Part shown: positions 1-13,611 of the stretch, one piece after another
How the letters are laid out: the number at the start of each line of letters is the position of its first letter
How positions within the stretch are numbered: the first letter of the stretch is position 1
Source of the DNA: Sphaeroforma arctica JP610
Lineage: Eukaryota
Assembly: GCF_001186125.1 (NCBI RefSeq)
Contig: NW_014040376.1
Span: 22,842-86,841 of the forward strand
Direction of reading: 5' to 3'
DNA length: 64,000 nucleotides
The notes under the pieces: model-generated
Database searches by the model: none
Seen by the model: the letters and a program-made list of their open reading frames with translations, nothing else
What the model was told of the DNA's origin: nothing
Made by a program: the position numbers and the translations under genes

Positions 1-512
1 GTCAGCAGTCAGAATTGATTCAATATATTGCTGGGGTCAGCGGTCAGAATTTATTCAATGAATTGCTGGGGTCAGCGGTCAGAATTGATTCAGTTAATTG
101 CTGGTGTCAGCCGTCATAATTAATTCAATATATTGCTAGGGTCATCAGAATTGGTTGAATAGATTGCTGAGGTTAGCTGTCAGAATTGATTCATTAAATT
201 GCTAGGGTTAGCGGTCAGAATTTATTCAATGAATTGCTGGGGTCAGCCGTCAGAATTGATTCAGTTAATTGCTGGAGTCAGCCGTCATAATTAATTCAAT
301 ATATTGCTAGGGTCATCGGTCAGGATTAATTCAATCAATTGCTGGGGTCAGCGGTCAGAATTGATTCAATATATTGCTAGGGTTAGCGGTCAGAATTTAT
401 TCAATGAATTGCTGGGGTCAGCGGTCAGAATTGATTCTGTATAATAATGGGGTCAGCGGTCAGAATTGGTTGAATAGATTGCTGAGGTTAGCGGTCAGAA
501 TTGATTCATTAA
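1..512. repeat. 35-bp minisatellite, about 14-15 imperfect copies, runs off the left edge
   Basis: Unit GTCAGCGGTCAGAATTGATTCAATATATTGCTGGG starts at 1, 36, 71, 106 and onward; the period is not a multiple of 3. Confidence 0.95.
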
Positions 513-1580
513 ATTAATGTGCTCACCTCCCTTGTTCATCGAATGTGAGTTTTAACAGGCTTGGCAAAACAGCTAGAAATAAAAGTATTTAGGAGATCTT
601 ATAAATTGTATTGGCAAACTAGATTTCTTTCTACTGTGATACAAGTTGCATACCTTAATGTATACCCAAGAGGTTAACGTTCACAGCAGTACGAGGGTGT
701 AGTCTCGCCGTCTTTTGGCAGTGTCTGGTAATTTATGAATATGGTGTAAATCAAGTACATAATATCAAGTGAGCGCTATAACCTTATGAAATTGTTTGGC
801 AGTACCTACAATTTCCAGGGCAAAGCTTCTGTATTACAGACTACGATGCACTTAGTTTGTATGATGCTGGTATGACCAGGATATAAATCGGTTCCTTTTG
901 AGTATTTGTGAGATATAAGATCCGTAGGTAGAAGCTTTATGAGACAATGTCCTATAGTCATATATGTGCAAAATAATCTTGTCTTGCTGTACAAAATTGG
1001 GATTCAACCCATATTTTTTCTTCGGCGGCGGTTCCTTTTAGAGTCAGATGTGTATATCACAAAAGAAAATCAAAATAGAAAAAATAGTCAAGTGTACGGT
1101 CATATCTGAAGTAACTTTTTATGTTTTTAAGCTAAGCTATGGTTATATTGCGAACAATCCTGCACACATCCACTATTGGACCGCATTTCAAACGACAGTC
1201 AATTTGATGCTTCTCGGTTGTACACAGGCGGTATCAAACATACTTTGAGAATTAACACGGTACTCCGCACCTATTAATGAACATACTCAGCGAGATGATT
1301 GTGAATAAACTAGGACTACTTTATTTTAAATATAGTTTCTACCATGACAATGGCCTTAATGTGGATCGCACCGAGGTTTTCATTCATACTCATTCGATTC
1401 AAACATTGCAGAAAGTTACTAAGAGCTCTTACAAGCACCAAAACACAACTACTAGAATGCTCTTTTTGATGCCATTGTTCATTATTTCACGATGGAAAGA
1501 GTAGTGACTGTCAAATATCCAACTTATGTGAGGATAGTTTGCTCTCTCAAGATGTGGCGTGTATCGTCCTGTATGGACGT

Positions 1581-1641
1581 TAAGGGCTTTCATATTTGGG
1601 CGATAAGGGCTTTCATATTTGGGCGATAAGGGCTTTCATAT
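1581..1641. repeat. 23-bp tandem repeat, about 2.7 copies
   Basis: TAAGGGCTTTCATATTTGGGCGA repeated. Confidence 0.9.
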
Positions 1642-2659
1642 GGAAGTTCTTCTATATACAGGATATGGCTATGACATGCCACTCACGCTACAAACAGATA
1701 CTCGTTTGATATTGAGCAAAACACAGACACAAAGCGTATTATACTATCAAGAACTCACAATGAGTGTGTCAACAGACTCGCAAAGATAGTTTGTAAGCTC
1801 GCAGGCGAAATTGAAATTGTATACAATATACCGCTTTTCTGTAAGGCGGCAAAAATTTACATTGTCCGCCATAGTTACAAGAAAAGAATTATAAAATGTA
1901 ATACAGCAATACATTATATACAACATATTTATCAATAAAATTTATTGATTATATTGCAACTTTTGTTGTTCGTAGTCAGCCGGTATAGATAGATTCAACT
2001 TACAAGATTAGGCTATGTCATCAAGAGAGACCCCGATATTGTCTGCGTTTTTCCTAATCATTCTCGCGAGCTTGGTATATGGTATCAAATTTGTACNNNN
2101 NNNNNNNNNNNNNNNNAAATCCAAAGCATGTGTCCGCTCTGGGTTCGTAAACTGCGATGGCAGAATCAATCGATGCTATGAATGCACTCGTTGATGGTGT
2201 TTTGTATTTCAAATACACTACGAATGGGCCAACTTCGTGTGGAGTCATTCAAGGTTTACAACGTGTCGTTTTGCAATATTTTAAAGCAACTCATTTTTAG
2301 CTTCTGGTTTCCAATGATCGCCCCTCATATTTAAAGACACGTATTATGCTTCTGCCTTCCTAACCCGTCAAATACGTCATTATCACGATTTCAATTGCTG
2401 AATGTAATAATATAAACGGATATCTATGGGCTGAAACTGGTCACACGCGCCAACCTTTGTGCATTTACTTACTGGATCATCATCAACTTACGGAAACTTG
2501 AGCAAGTCAGTGACTCCCATTGTGATTTAAATGCGAGTTTCGAAGAGTGTTAGGCACATGATTTACTCTGGGCGATAAAATACGCCACCATTGTCGTGTT
2601 TAAGCATGTTCTTGGCGTTACTATGTGCACAAATCATACTGATATAATCACCAAAAATA

Positions 2660-3307
2660 TACTTTTATATGTCTATCAGATTTCTCCTGGACAGCCAACT
2701 ATAATTGCCGTCCTTAAATGGGGTTGACAGCCAAGAATTAAGCTATAGGGGTTTAGGTGTACTAAATCACTGTCCCAGTTTGGTGTTTTTCTTTTTGAAC
2801 TTTTGCTTTGAAAAGTTGAATTCGACCATATTTTATGTAGTGGTGTGTGTGTTCTGATTAGCTATCGATACATGAAATCTAACCCGAGTAATGAGTGATA
2901 GGAGCGGCACCATGCAGACAATTTTTTCAGTCTAAAACCCCCTAATATTTTAGCTCACTGTCAAGGGCTGAGGTTCAACTTGCCTTCTTCTTTGATATCG
3001 AATCATTTACTTTTATCAGAGTACTTGGCAGTCAGCCCACTACATATCCTATTATATGTTTATACGTGAAACTCGTTAACGTGAACTTTTTAGAATTCGG
3101 TAGAAACTATTAAGACATCCTGGAGATTACGCCTACTGTTGTGTTTAATTATAATTTATACAAACAGCGCGGAGATTGACTTCGTGATTCGCTCGATTTA
3201 AGGACGTGCATGCATCTGCGCATATATGCTACAAACATTCAGATGTGGTTGGTGCAATTTTATTAATTTACTTACTTGGCCTTAAGTCAGTAATAGCCTG
3301 TGAACCT
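2660..3307. repeat. Dispersed ~640-bp repeat A, copy 1 (unclassified, probably a non-autonomous TE)
   Basis: Colinear diverged match to 9177-9794, from GTCTATCAGA..GGACAGCCAACTATA through AGTCAGTAATAG..CCTGTG. Confidence 0.85.
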
Positions 3308-3793
3308 TGTTAGAGTGTAATGTAGTAGACTTTAAATAAAGTGCAAATGTATGTATTTGTTTCTGACCTCACATTTGGTTTTATACCTAAGGTGTTTGTG
3401 CTAGTGTTCAGCCGCTTGGGCCGGCCAGGGTAAAAACTCATATGGTCGGTATGGGAAACCTTATGCGGAACACTTAAACACTTCGATGCATTTCTATTTC
3501 AACTTCTCTACAACTAAATCTCACGCTGATCACATGATGCCTTTCCGCATAGGTTGTGACTCACATAGAACCGCAGCTACTACTAGAATGATGCGTTTGA
3601 CCGGCTTAATCCACTCTCGGGAATCGGTTGAGAAACTTGATATACTCTCCGAAGTCGGTCAAGTAATAACTCAACTCTTGAGAGTAATTTGATCAACTAG
3701 ATTAGCCCTCGGGAGTGAGCTAACTCTGATGACTTCCATAAATCAAAGATGGTTTCTTGCTGTAAAATCTGGCCTGAGACTTGTAGTATCTCA
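3308..3793 (-). mobile_element. Solo LTR with 5-bp target-site duplication AACCT
   Basis: Starts TG and ends CA; AACCT at 3303-3307 and 3794-3798; inverted homologue of 7440-7905 and 8544-8997. Repeat A copy 2 shows an empty site (GCCTGTG-5nt-GTCTGTG). Strand inferred from the order of TATAAAA and AATAAA. Confidence 0.8.
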
Positions 3794-3859
3794 AACCTGT
3801 CTGTGAAATGAAAACAAAAACAGAACACGGGTCAAGATTGTGCTTATCCGGCTTGATCT

Positions 3860-6800
3860 AAAATATAAAGAGTGTGATCACTGACCACCACACTATCGGG
3901 CTTGGCCTCGATCTTCAGGTGGTCCCGAATGAACCAGTAGTCCGTCTCCGGCGAGTGTCCCCGTCTCAATCACCAGAGCCTTTCATCCCGCGGCTACAAC
4001 CGGTATCGCCACCGACTGCATCATTTACACGACAAAGCCCGCACCCTGTTGTTTCAAGCTGATATATGTGAGCATCAACACCTGTTACGGTCGTGCCTAA
4101 CAATACATGAACCGTCAGATGGATTGGTGCGTATTTTAAATCGAATCTGGCGCTACGCAACAAACTCTGTCATTTTTAAAGGTTACTATTGTGACACTGA
4201 CAAACCATGGGTACAACGACTACTGAACCACACGTTCCGCCCACAATCTGAGATATACAAGGATATAGCACATCAATGTCGATCACCGCGTCAGCCTTGA
4301 ATACCAGGTGCCCAGTATTCGGGCGCTGCACTGACGGATTACTACCAGGATCTCTTCTACTCAACTAACCCACACGTCATCTCACTGGATACAGCACTAA
4401 CACCTCCATCAAATGCAGTTATTCACTCGGAGATACTGTTGGAGGCAATACTGTGCTACCCAAATAAGGGTCCTGGTCCAAATAGTGTCCATATCCTTCT
4501 CTAAGGCCGCATGTATTGGAACGATCAACTGAACCCCCAACTAGGGGAAGCCCTGACCCTGACAGCCCACTTAATGAGGCATTCTCCGCCCGCCTAATGG
4601 CTAATACATTCCATAAAGCTCTCAATTGCACCCTTTTGACAACCCATTCGAAGAAAGCAGACACGGATATTACATCCCCTGCCGATTTCCGACCGATAAC
4701 ATTAACTCATATTGTTCGAGCATCTTTGAGAAGTGCTTCCTACAACTGATAACAAATCACTCCGGTCAGCCACACATGCAACTCAAGCTGGATTTTCATC
4801 ACGCTACTCCTGTCATACTCATGCTATAGCCGCGATGAAATATGAGACACAATCCGAGGATGCCTGGAATGATGTGTCTTGACATCACCAAAGCATGCGA
4901 TAAAGTGATTCTCCCGCGCACGCGGATGCTGTTGCGTCACGCTGGAATGCCAGAGAACTGGATCAGTTGTTTCCGCGTATTGTTTGAGAATGTTCCCACA
5001 CGGGTGACGTACCGTGAAAAGCTTTCATATCTATTTTATAGAATGAATGGCATACTCTAAGGTTCGATTGTCGGCCCACCGCTTTTTATTAGTTATATGG
5101 ACTCACTGGCCATTACGCTTGCATGATTTCGGCCAAAACTTATCCGCTCCTACCGCTTCGTAGATGTCACGCGCATCTAGGTTCCGCAGTCTGTTCAGTT
5201 GCAACCCTTCCTGAACGCGATCGATGATCGGGGTCGACAATCCGGTCTAAAACAAGGGACTCTGAAGCTTCGAAAGAGATCGTCGAGATTTTCATCACGC
5301 TACTCCTGTCATACTCATGCTATAGCCGCGATGAAATATGAGATACAACCCGAGGATACCTGGAATGATGTGTCTTGACATCACCAAAGCATGCGATAAA
5401 GTGATTCTCCCGCGCACGCGGATGCTGTTGCGTCACGCTGGAATGCCAGAGAACTGGATCAGTTGTTTCCGCGTATTGTTTGAGAATGTTCCCACACGGG
5501 TGACGTACCGTGAAAAGCTTTCATATCTATTTTATAGAATGAATGGCATACTCTAAGGTTCGATTGTCGGCCCACAGCTTTTTATTAGTTATATGGACTC
5601 ACTGGCCATTACGCTTGCATGATTTCGGCCAAAACTTCTCCGCTCCTACCGCTTCGTAGATGTCACGCGCATCTAGGTTCCGCAGTCTGTTCAGTTGCAA
5701 CCCTTCCTGAACGCGATCGATGATCGGGTCGACAATCCGGTCTAAAACAAGGGACTCTGAAGCTTCGAAAGAGATCGTCGAGTATACTGCACAAGGTACC
5801 ACTTGTACGAGGTACCAACGCTAGTAGGCTCCCCAAATGCGAACACTCTCAACAGACGCCTACTTATCCCTCCCATGCCTATGGCGGCGGAGCTCTCTGA
5901 CATCTGTCCACAGCCTTCCAAATACTTAGGATTCAAACTGTCCCGAGGTATACCGGGTATCGACTTTGCAAAACATATGGACAATCTCGTGACAGTATTA
6001 CTCCAGGCTATATTGTTCTTCCGGGCGTATGGTTTTCACGGATTCAGCTGGCGCCATCCGCGAAATCGGTTAGAAATATTCAAGACATTCATTCTTTCGA
6101 CGGCCACTTATGGTCTGAACATCATTTCATGGGCTCCCCCTATTTAGCATGCCGCGCTAAAGCCGTTGTACGAGCGGTACAAATCAGCACCAATTCAACA
6201 GCAGCTATCATAACAGGCACTATATTTCCAAAACTCCCATACCAGCGCATACGGCTTCTTCGCTTTTGTTATTTACTTCCAGCACGCCAATCTGCGGAGT
6301 ACCTTGTTGGCTGCCTGGGACTACATCTTGATTCAATCAACAGTACAAACCCACTTGCCCTTCTTACGAGACCCGCTTGGACACGTAACAGACCTTCGGA
6401 CAAATTTCCGTTCAGCATTTACCCTTATCTAGAATAAAAGTGCGGGTGTACACCCCAGCACAAAGAGCTCCGTAAGCTCCGCGAGCAGATCCGAAAAAAT
6501 ACCACACAACGTCTCACAACCAAGGAGATAGCAGGTAGGGCTTGCCGCCAATACTACTATCGACTTTAAATGGTGAACTACCCATCATGGACCGGGACAA
6601 GCCATTCCATGATAGCTTTACTCATTGCCGCGAGCACACTCCAATTTTAGCAACCAACACTTTCCTGTACAAATTGCTTGACTTTCGTACTGGTGGATAC
6701 CTCTATCCTGTGTGCCCTGGAGATAAGACTTTTACGTCCAGCCACTTTGCTTGTATCAGTTCTCTGTTGAGGCGTATTCTGGTGGGCTCTAATCTACCCC

Positions 6801-7420
6801 CAATCGGCCCGGGCTTACTACGGCATATGGACTCTCCACGAACATATCGGGAGCTTCATTCTCAATGAACAACAGGCACTGATTGATCCCATCCAGTACT
6901 AGTCGATAGAATGTTGTTCCCCATGCCCCGTCTCATCAATTTTCTAAAGTACTGTTTCCAGATTTTGGTACAGACCAAATCTTCGATACTTCTGGTACCA
7001 CCTATGACACTTCCCGCTATAGCTAGCCAGGATATTACAAATACATTAATTGTGTAGTGTGGTATCGGACAGCCCCCAACTTCGCTCCGAAACAGAATTG
7101 CGGATGACAACCTCACCCTCCTTGGTATTGCGTTCAAAATATATTAGACCGACTCAGTCCATATTACTACTACAGGTGTGGGCCAGCTTTATTCCACGCG
7201 ATTGCACACATGTTTTAGTTCTCACCCAACGATACAAGTACTCTGTATCCATCGCCGTAAACTAGCGCACCGTATGTCTTCCATCGTTGCATCACTCGTC
7301 CTGAGCTTCTCGTGGCAGTTCGGCAATATCAACTTCCCTTCAATTTTCCTAGAACCTCTCCAACGAATTTGAAGCCTGATGTACATGTAGACATAAAAAT
7401 ATATACAAATTGAAATAAAT
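3860..7420 (+). mobile_element. Decayed 5'-truncated non-LTR retrotransposon (LINE ORF2 pseudogene)
   Basis: APE C-terminal-like TDH motif (~3880); RT motifs DFRPITLT, QAGF, LDITKACDKV, GIL*GSIVGPPLF and KYLG across frameshifts and stops; A-rich 3' end near 7395-7420. Confidence 0.85.
4791..5781 (+). repeat. Near-identical ~496-bp tandem duplication inside the LINE RT
   Basis: GATTTTCATCACGCTACTCC starts at 4791 and 5287; ORFs 4842-5060 and 5338-5556 are almost identical. Confidence 0.95.
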
Positions 7421-7439
7421 ATTATTATCCCTATTGGGC

Positions 7440-8997
7440 TGGTAGACTATAGTTCTCAAACCATCACTAGAGAAATCTTCTATGATTTATAGATATCATC
7501 AGAGTTAGCTCACTCTTAATAGCTAATCGAGTTGCTTAAATTAATTCTGAGAGGTGAGTTAATACTTAACCAACTCCCGAAAGCTGATTAAGCTTCTCAA
7601 CCGACTCCCGAGAGTGGATTAAGCTTCTCAACCGACTCCTGAGAGTGGATTAAGTCTGTCAAGCGCAACATTCTAAAAATAGCTGTGTCCCTATGTGAGT
7701 CACAAACTATGCGGCAAGGTATCATGTGATCAGCATGTGATTTAGTTGAAGAGAAGTCAAAATAGAATAGCATCGAATTGTTAAAGTGTTCTGCAGAAGG
7801 TTTCTAATCCTGATCGTGTGAGTTAACACTAGCACAAGCACCTTGGGTATAAAACCGAAGGTGAGGTCAGAAATAAATACATACATTTGTACTTTATTTA
7901 AAACAATTTATCAGGTCTTTCTGATCTTCAATATGTCTACTATGAACTCTAATGATAGACCACCAATATTCTCGAACCGAAGGTCGACTGGCTTCCTTGG
8001 AAAACTCTTACCATTTTATCCGTGAATTGTGAAAGAATACAACAATATTGACCGATACGACTCCGTCTAGATGCAACCGATGGACACCAAAGGATACGGA
8101 GATCAGCCAAATTATTAATAAGTCGTGGGAGGCTTTCGCCGCACTGAAACGTTGGTTTTGAAGCCCTGACCGAAGATGCTATCCAGACATAAGAAGGGAA
8201 ACTGAACCGCATCACACAAGTGTAACGGAACGAACTTTACGCCTGTCGTATCAGTCGTCTTAGCACGTGATTTGTGAAATTTAAAAATGCTGGAGGTTCG
8301 AAGTCCAACAACTGCCTATGCGCTGCTATCCTACGGCAGGCTGTAAACGACGATAATCAGACTGTTGAGATTACGTTGAAGACACCCGCTATGATGGCCA
8401 TGTCGTATGATGAGCTCACCACGTATATCATCGCATTAGGTCTAGGCGAAAGTGGCCCATCAATCATTGTGCACGGTACACATGCAGCTAATCGACGAGA
8501 AATTGTGCATTCTACAGCAACAATCGTGGACATTCCACCGGGCTGATAGACTACAAGTCCCAGACCAAATTTTACAACAAGAAACCCTCTATTATTTATA
8601 GAAATCATCAGAGTCAGCTCACTCCCGAGAGCCAATTAAGTTGCTAAAATTACTCCCGAGAGCTGATTAAGCTTCTCCACCGACTCCCGAGAGTGAATTA
8701 AGTCTGTCAACCGCAATACTCTTAAAATAGCTGCGTCCCAATGTGAGTCACAACTTATGCGGAAAGACATCATGTGATCAGCGTAAGATTTAGTTATAGA
8801 GAAAGAAATAGAATAGCATCGAAGTGTTAAAGTGCTCTGCAGAAGGTTTCTTATACTGACCATATGAGTTTTTATCCTGGCCAGCCCGAGCGGCTGCACA
8901 ATAACACAATCGCCTTAGTTATAAAACCAAAGGCGAGGTTGGAAATAAATATATACATTTGCACTTTATTTAAAGTCTACTACATTGCACTCTAACA
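7440..8997 (+). mobile_element. Probable internally deleted LTR retrotransposon: LTR 7440-7905, gag-like relic, LTR 8544-8997
   Basis: Two same-orientation TG..CA copies of the LTR family, each with TATAAAA then AATAAA. ATTTATCAGG after the first loosely resembles an iMet PBS (TGGTATCAGAGC). Broken plus-strand ORF 7933-8546. Flanks TGGGC/TGAAC match 3 of 5. Confidence 0.55.
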
Positions 8998-9176
8998 TGA
9001 ACTTTAACTTCATGAGAATGCTGATATGTTCACCGTATATGGAAGCCTATTGTATACAGCCGGAAATCGGTTAGTGAATGGCCGTTGAACAACTATATGT
9101 GATATATATCCCATGTTCTCGGCGCTAACATATACACCCCTGCTACTGATATGGCCACCAGAAATCTAAAATGGAA

Positions 9177-9794
9177 ACTTTTATAGGTCTATCAGACTTC
9201 TCATGGACAGCCAACTATATTTGCCGTCATTAAATGGGGTTGTCCGCTAGGATTGGGTTCTCTTTTTAAATTCTTCCCTTTAAAAGCTGAAATCAACTAT
9301 ATTTTATTTAGCCCTGGACGTATACTGATTAGTTATCGATACCTAAAACCAAACACGAGTAATGAATAATAGGAGCAGAACTATATCGACAAGTTTTTCA
9401 GTCTAAAATCCCTTAATATTTTAGCTCACAGTCAAGAACTGATGCTCAACTTAGCGCTTTCTTTGATATTGGATCAGGTTTGTAAACTTTTATCGAAGTA
9501 CTTGGTAGTCAGCCCACTCCATATACTATGATATGCTTATACATGAAATTCGAACATGGAGTTTGTAGTATTCGGTAGAAACTATTGAGATATTCTGGAG
9601 ATTACGCCTAGTGATGCGTTTACTTATACTTTACAAAAACAGCGCGCAGTATAACTCCGGCATTCGCTCGATACAAGGATATGCATGCATCTGCGCATCT
9701 ATGCTACAAATACTCAAATTTGTTTGGTGTATTTCTATTTATTTACTTGTTAACCTGTGAGTCAGTAATAGAATAGCCTGTGTCCGTGTCTGTG
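9177..9794. repeat. Dispersed repeat A, copy 2 (no LTR insertion)
   Basis: Direct diverged copy of 2660-3307. Confidence 0.85.
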
Positions 9795-11098
9795 CCGCTG
9801 TCGCCTGCGTCCGACGATCTTTGGTACACCACAACGGGTGAAAGTCCGCTAATGATACGTTTATATTGTCAGACTATAGTATATTTAGCATCAATATATT
9901 TTGGATCATGATGCTGGCTCGTACATTACAACGAGGATCGCAGAAAGAGACTCGTAGTGTTGTCAGACATGTGGAAGTTCAAAATGCCAGTTGCCATCAA
10001 TATATATCATCGCTGCCGAAGAGCAGCGTAATATTCGAATAAGAGTAAAGCTTTCAAGTGGAATGTGGCGATGGGTACAAAATTGCTTGACAACATCGAC
10101 TTAAAGAATATATTTGAAAAGGAGAAACTCTTCTTACGCTCGCATAAAACAAATTCAATATAATCATGATAGAAGTGAGAGTCCATGCCATCACAAATGT
10201 GCCACGTGATGCGGTAACTATGATACGAATATACACAGGAATGGAAAATAATCCTCAGTTTTAGCTCGACTACGATTGAGTAGCACAGTGAGATTTAAAT
10301 GGAATGTATCTTGCTAAGAATCGATATCAAGTAGCGATCTATGACTCAAAGTGATGGAAAAATCTTCCTATACATATTTGGCATGATAAACATGATAAGA
10401 AACATATATAAGGTTTATATGGAAGGTTAATATCAGGTTGTTATATGAACTTGCTTAGACGCTAACATCAGCATCAAATTGTGTTTCTGACATGTAATAC
10501 TTGTGAGGTGTTCGGGCATTTCGGTGGTTCGCATAACATTCTAAATTCTCTTGGAGACCTGCGTTGTGAGATTCCGAACACAAAATACCGTATCAATGTA
10601 AGTTTCTTGTATATGTAAAGGGCCCCATTTCTGACAGTCAACACATCAATCGATTTGAGGTGCCAAATGCACTGGCATTTCAGATTTACCGTTATATGTA
10701 TAGCAGTAGCGCTTTCCTAACGCGATGAATTTTAAGGAACACAGGCATGAGTGTTCAGTATTGCACATCTCCACAATAAATGGTCAGAGTCCGGTGTGTG
10801 AACAACTTCAGCAAAATGATGCTTTGGTTCTATTGGCTTTCATTCATAGTCACTCCGCTATCGTAGTTAAAAAAGAATCACATGCAATCGATGCATGAGT
10901 AAAAAAACAAACAGAAGCAGCCGACAATGGGCACCACAAAACCACAAACGTCGAGGAATTTGAAGTTAAATTGGCTTGTTTGTGATTGCACTATCTGAAA
11001 TCAACAATTTATCGACATTAGTTGAGCCTGGCCAACAGCTTGGGTTCACTAGTGCAAGGACCACTTTTTCATTGCAAAGATCTGTTTGATTTTTCACA

Positions 11099-11596
11099 CA
11101 CTGTACAATTTCCGATAGGCATGAAATTCGTGCGAATTTATATATGCTCATATACTATAGAGTAAACGGTGACAGCCGACGAATGCTTACGGGTGTCAGC
11201 GACACTGTGTTTTCAAACCTGGCACGTGTGAATGTACCGGACATAGATTCGAATGGCAAACGGTACCGAATAGCAATAAAATTAAATTCAGATGACTATG
11301 CTGCGATACAGTAGAAGCGGATTATGTTTACTTGACTCTCTGTTTGAGTTGTCACGCACTGTACAATTTCCGAAAGGCATAGAATACGTGCGAATTTATA
11401 TATGCTCATATGGTATATAGTAAAAGGTAGCAGCCAACGAATGCCCACGGGTGTCAGCAACACTGTGTTTTCAAACCTGGCACGTGTGAATGTACCGGAC
11501 ATAGATTCGAATTGCAAACGGTATCGAAGAGCAATAAAATTAAATTTAGATGACTATGCTGCGATACAGTGGAAACGGAATATGATTACTTGACTC
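11099..11596. repeat. ~258-bp tandem duplication, two copies
   Basis: CACTGTACAATTTCCGA..TTCAAACCTGGCACGTGTGAATGTACCGGACATAGATTCGAA..TTACTTGACTC occurs twice. Confidence 0.9.
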
Positions 11597-13611
11597 GTCA
11601 CTGCGTTCTTCGATGCCGGACATTGGAATTGCGGTTGTCGTGGGCACTTATTCATGTATCCGCACAGATCTCTCGAGGCATAGCCGGCACACTAGTCCCA
11701 AATTGGAAAGAGAAAATGTGTATCTGCCCAGAAACACGCTTTTTATCCGTAAATAGATACCTGAGTAAATGCCGAGCGCATGGAGTAAGCAATAAAATAT
11801 TGCAAACTGGCACTGCCAATACTGGCTGAACAAGAAGGCTAGTGCTCCTCGTGTACATTCCTCACCGGTCTTCGTATGTAGGACACCTAAACAGTTGCAA
11901 AGTAATGATCCGAGTATCCATCAACCCTATAGATGGATCGGGATAAGTACGTTAGAAATTATTGTGTCACGTGATATAGTACTACTACTCTCGCTATACG
12001 CTAGACAATGTCACCAATGCGACGAAACGACCCGCATCAATGTTCTGTCGGGAAATGCCCAAGGGCGGTGATGTATAGATTTAGACTTGTATATCACATA
12101 AAAATTGAACTGGGTTCTTTCGTATCATACATACCTATATAAACCAATTCAGGCCTTGTAGTTTAATCAATAATAAGATATGAATGCATCATGCAGAGCC
12201 TCGCAAAGCCATGAACTTTAAAAAAGCCAAAACAAAAAAAGTTGAGCTCAGATGACAGATATGACAGCGTAGATGAGTGTATGTTTTTAACACCTCAACG
12301 GTTGATTCATATTCTTTGTAAAACGTATATTGGCATCATCCTGGGTGCGTGGTGCAATTAATGGCACAGAACTGGGTACCTCTCACAAGCAAGTGCAGAG
12401 GGGATATAATTTATATATATTTGTTCATAGTTTGGCCAAGTCTTGCCATGCAGTTACTCCAGCTTCATTTTACATTTCACTTTGAAGTATTTCACACGTA
12501 TAGGGTTGCACTTGGCAATATCCTCCTAGATCAGGATATGACTAGATGGAGCTATTACATTAAAGTACACGAGTATATGCACAGCTAATACTTATCGTTT
12601 ACCACAATACATGGTAATAATGCAATATGCGAATCAGTTTGTATCTGAGCAGTCTGAGAGTATTACTCTCTCGAACCCAAAATTTAGCAAAATTCTAAGC
12701 TACAGTAGTGTAATATACTATTCACAATTGTTTTTTACATTGTCCAATAACGACGCAAGCGAACATGCACATTTTTTCCATTGCAAACTACACTATCGAA
12801 GCAAAGGAGGCTATTTGAAAATGGTATCGCTCCAGGGTATTCTCTGATTCCGGAGCTATGATTTTATCCTCCCAATCATGAACTACAACGAGCGATCAAG
12901 GTTGAGCAAGTACGAGTCGAAAGTCACGAGTAAAGCCATCTGCCAGAAGACTAAATACCTCAACGCGTAAATTCAGATTTAAATTCCATACGGGTTCATT
13001 TGAGGGCCTGGATTCAGCACCTCAATCTGCAATCATTTTGCATTCGGGACAAAGTTGAGATAATCACAACTTACAATGAAAATGTCGCTACAATTCAATC
13101 ATAGAAGTGAAGCGTTAAAGCTTCAAGAAATATCTGGCTATTCTACTTTGATTGAACCTGTGCAACATATGGATAGAGAGAGGAGCATGTACTAGTTCCA
13201 AAGATAAATACGGAGCTAGATGTGATCGCTCACTGACAATACATCTACGATAAATATGCTTTGTAGATATTCACCTAGGAACAGTTTGTGAAATTGTGCA
13301 AGGAGAAAAAATTACCTATATTCGTGCGCTTGTGATTTTACGTTTACGTGAATGTATAGTCTAAGACATGATTATATACAAGCATAATAGTTGAAGCTTG
13401 ACATTCTCCAAATACCCTGCATCCGATGTGCGCAACCGACAATAAAAAAGCACTCGCCATCTTCTATATTCACGCTCTTGAGTTGGTATTGCGTCATCAA
13501 CAATATAAAATAACACGCGCACAACCATGAATTGAGCAATGCTTTGCATCTGAGGCACTCTTTTATTGCGACTACGTACAGGGAAGGCCTTTCATGGCCA
13601 AGTTTATCGGA

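Noticed and set aside
1..512. Regular 35-bp array as a CRISPR array
   Set aside because: Units are contiguous with no unique spacers, there are no cas genes, and the context is eukaryotic.
10966..11858. Stop-poor minus-strand frame as a pseudogene
   Set aside because: No recognisable family motif; only the tandem duplication is supportable.
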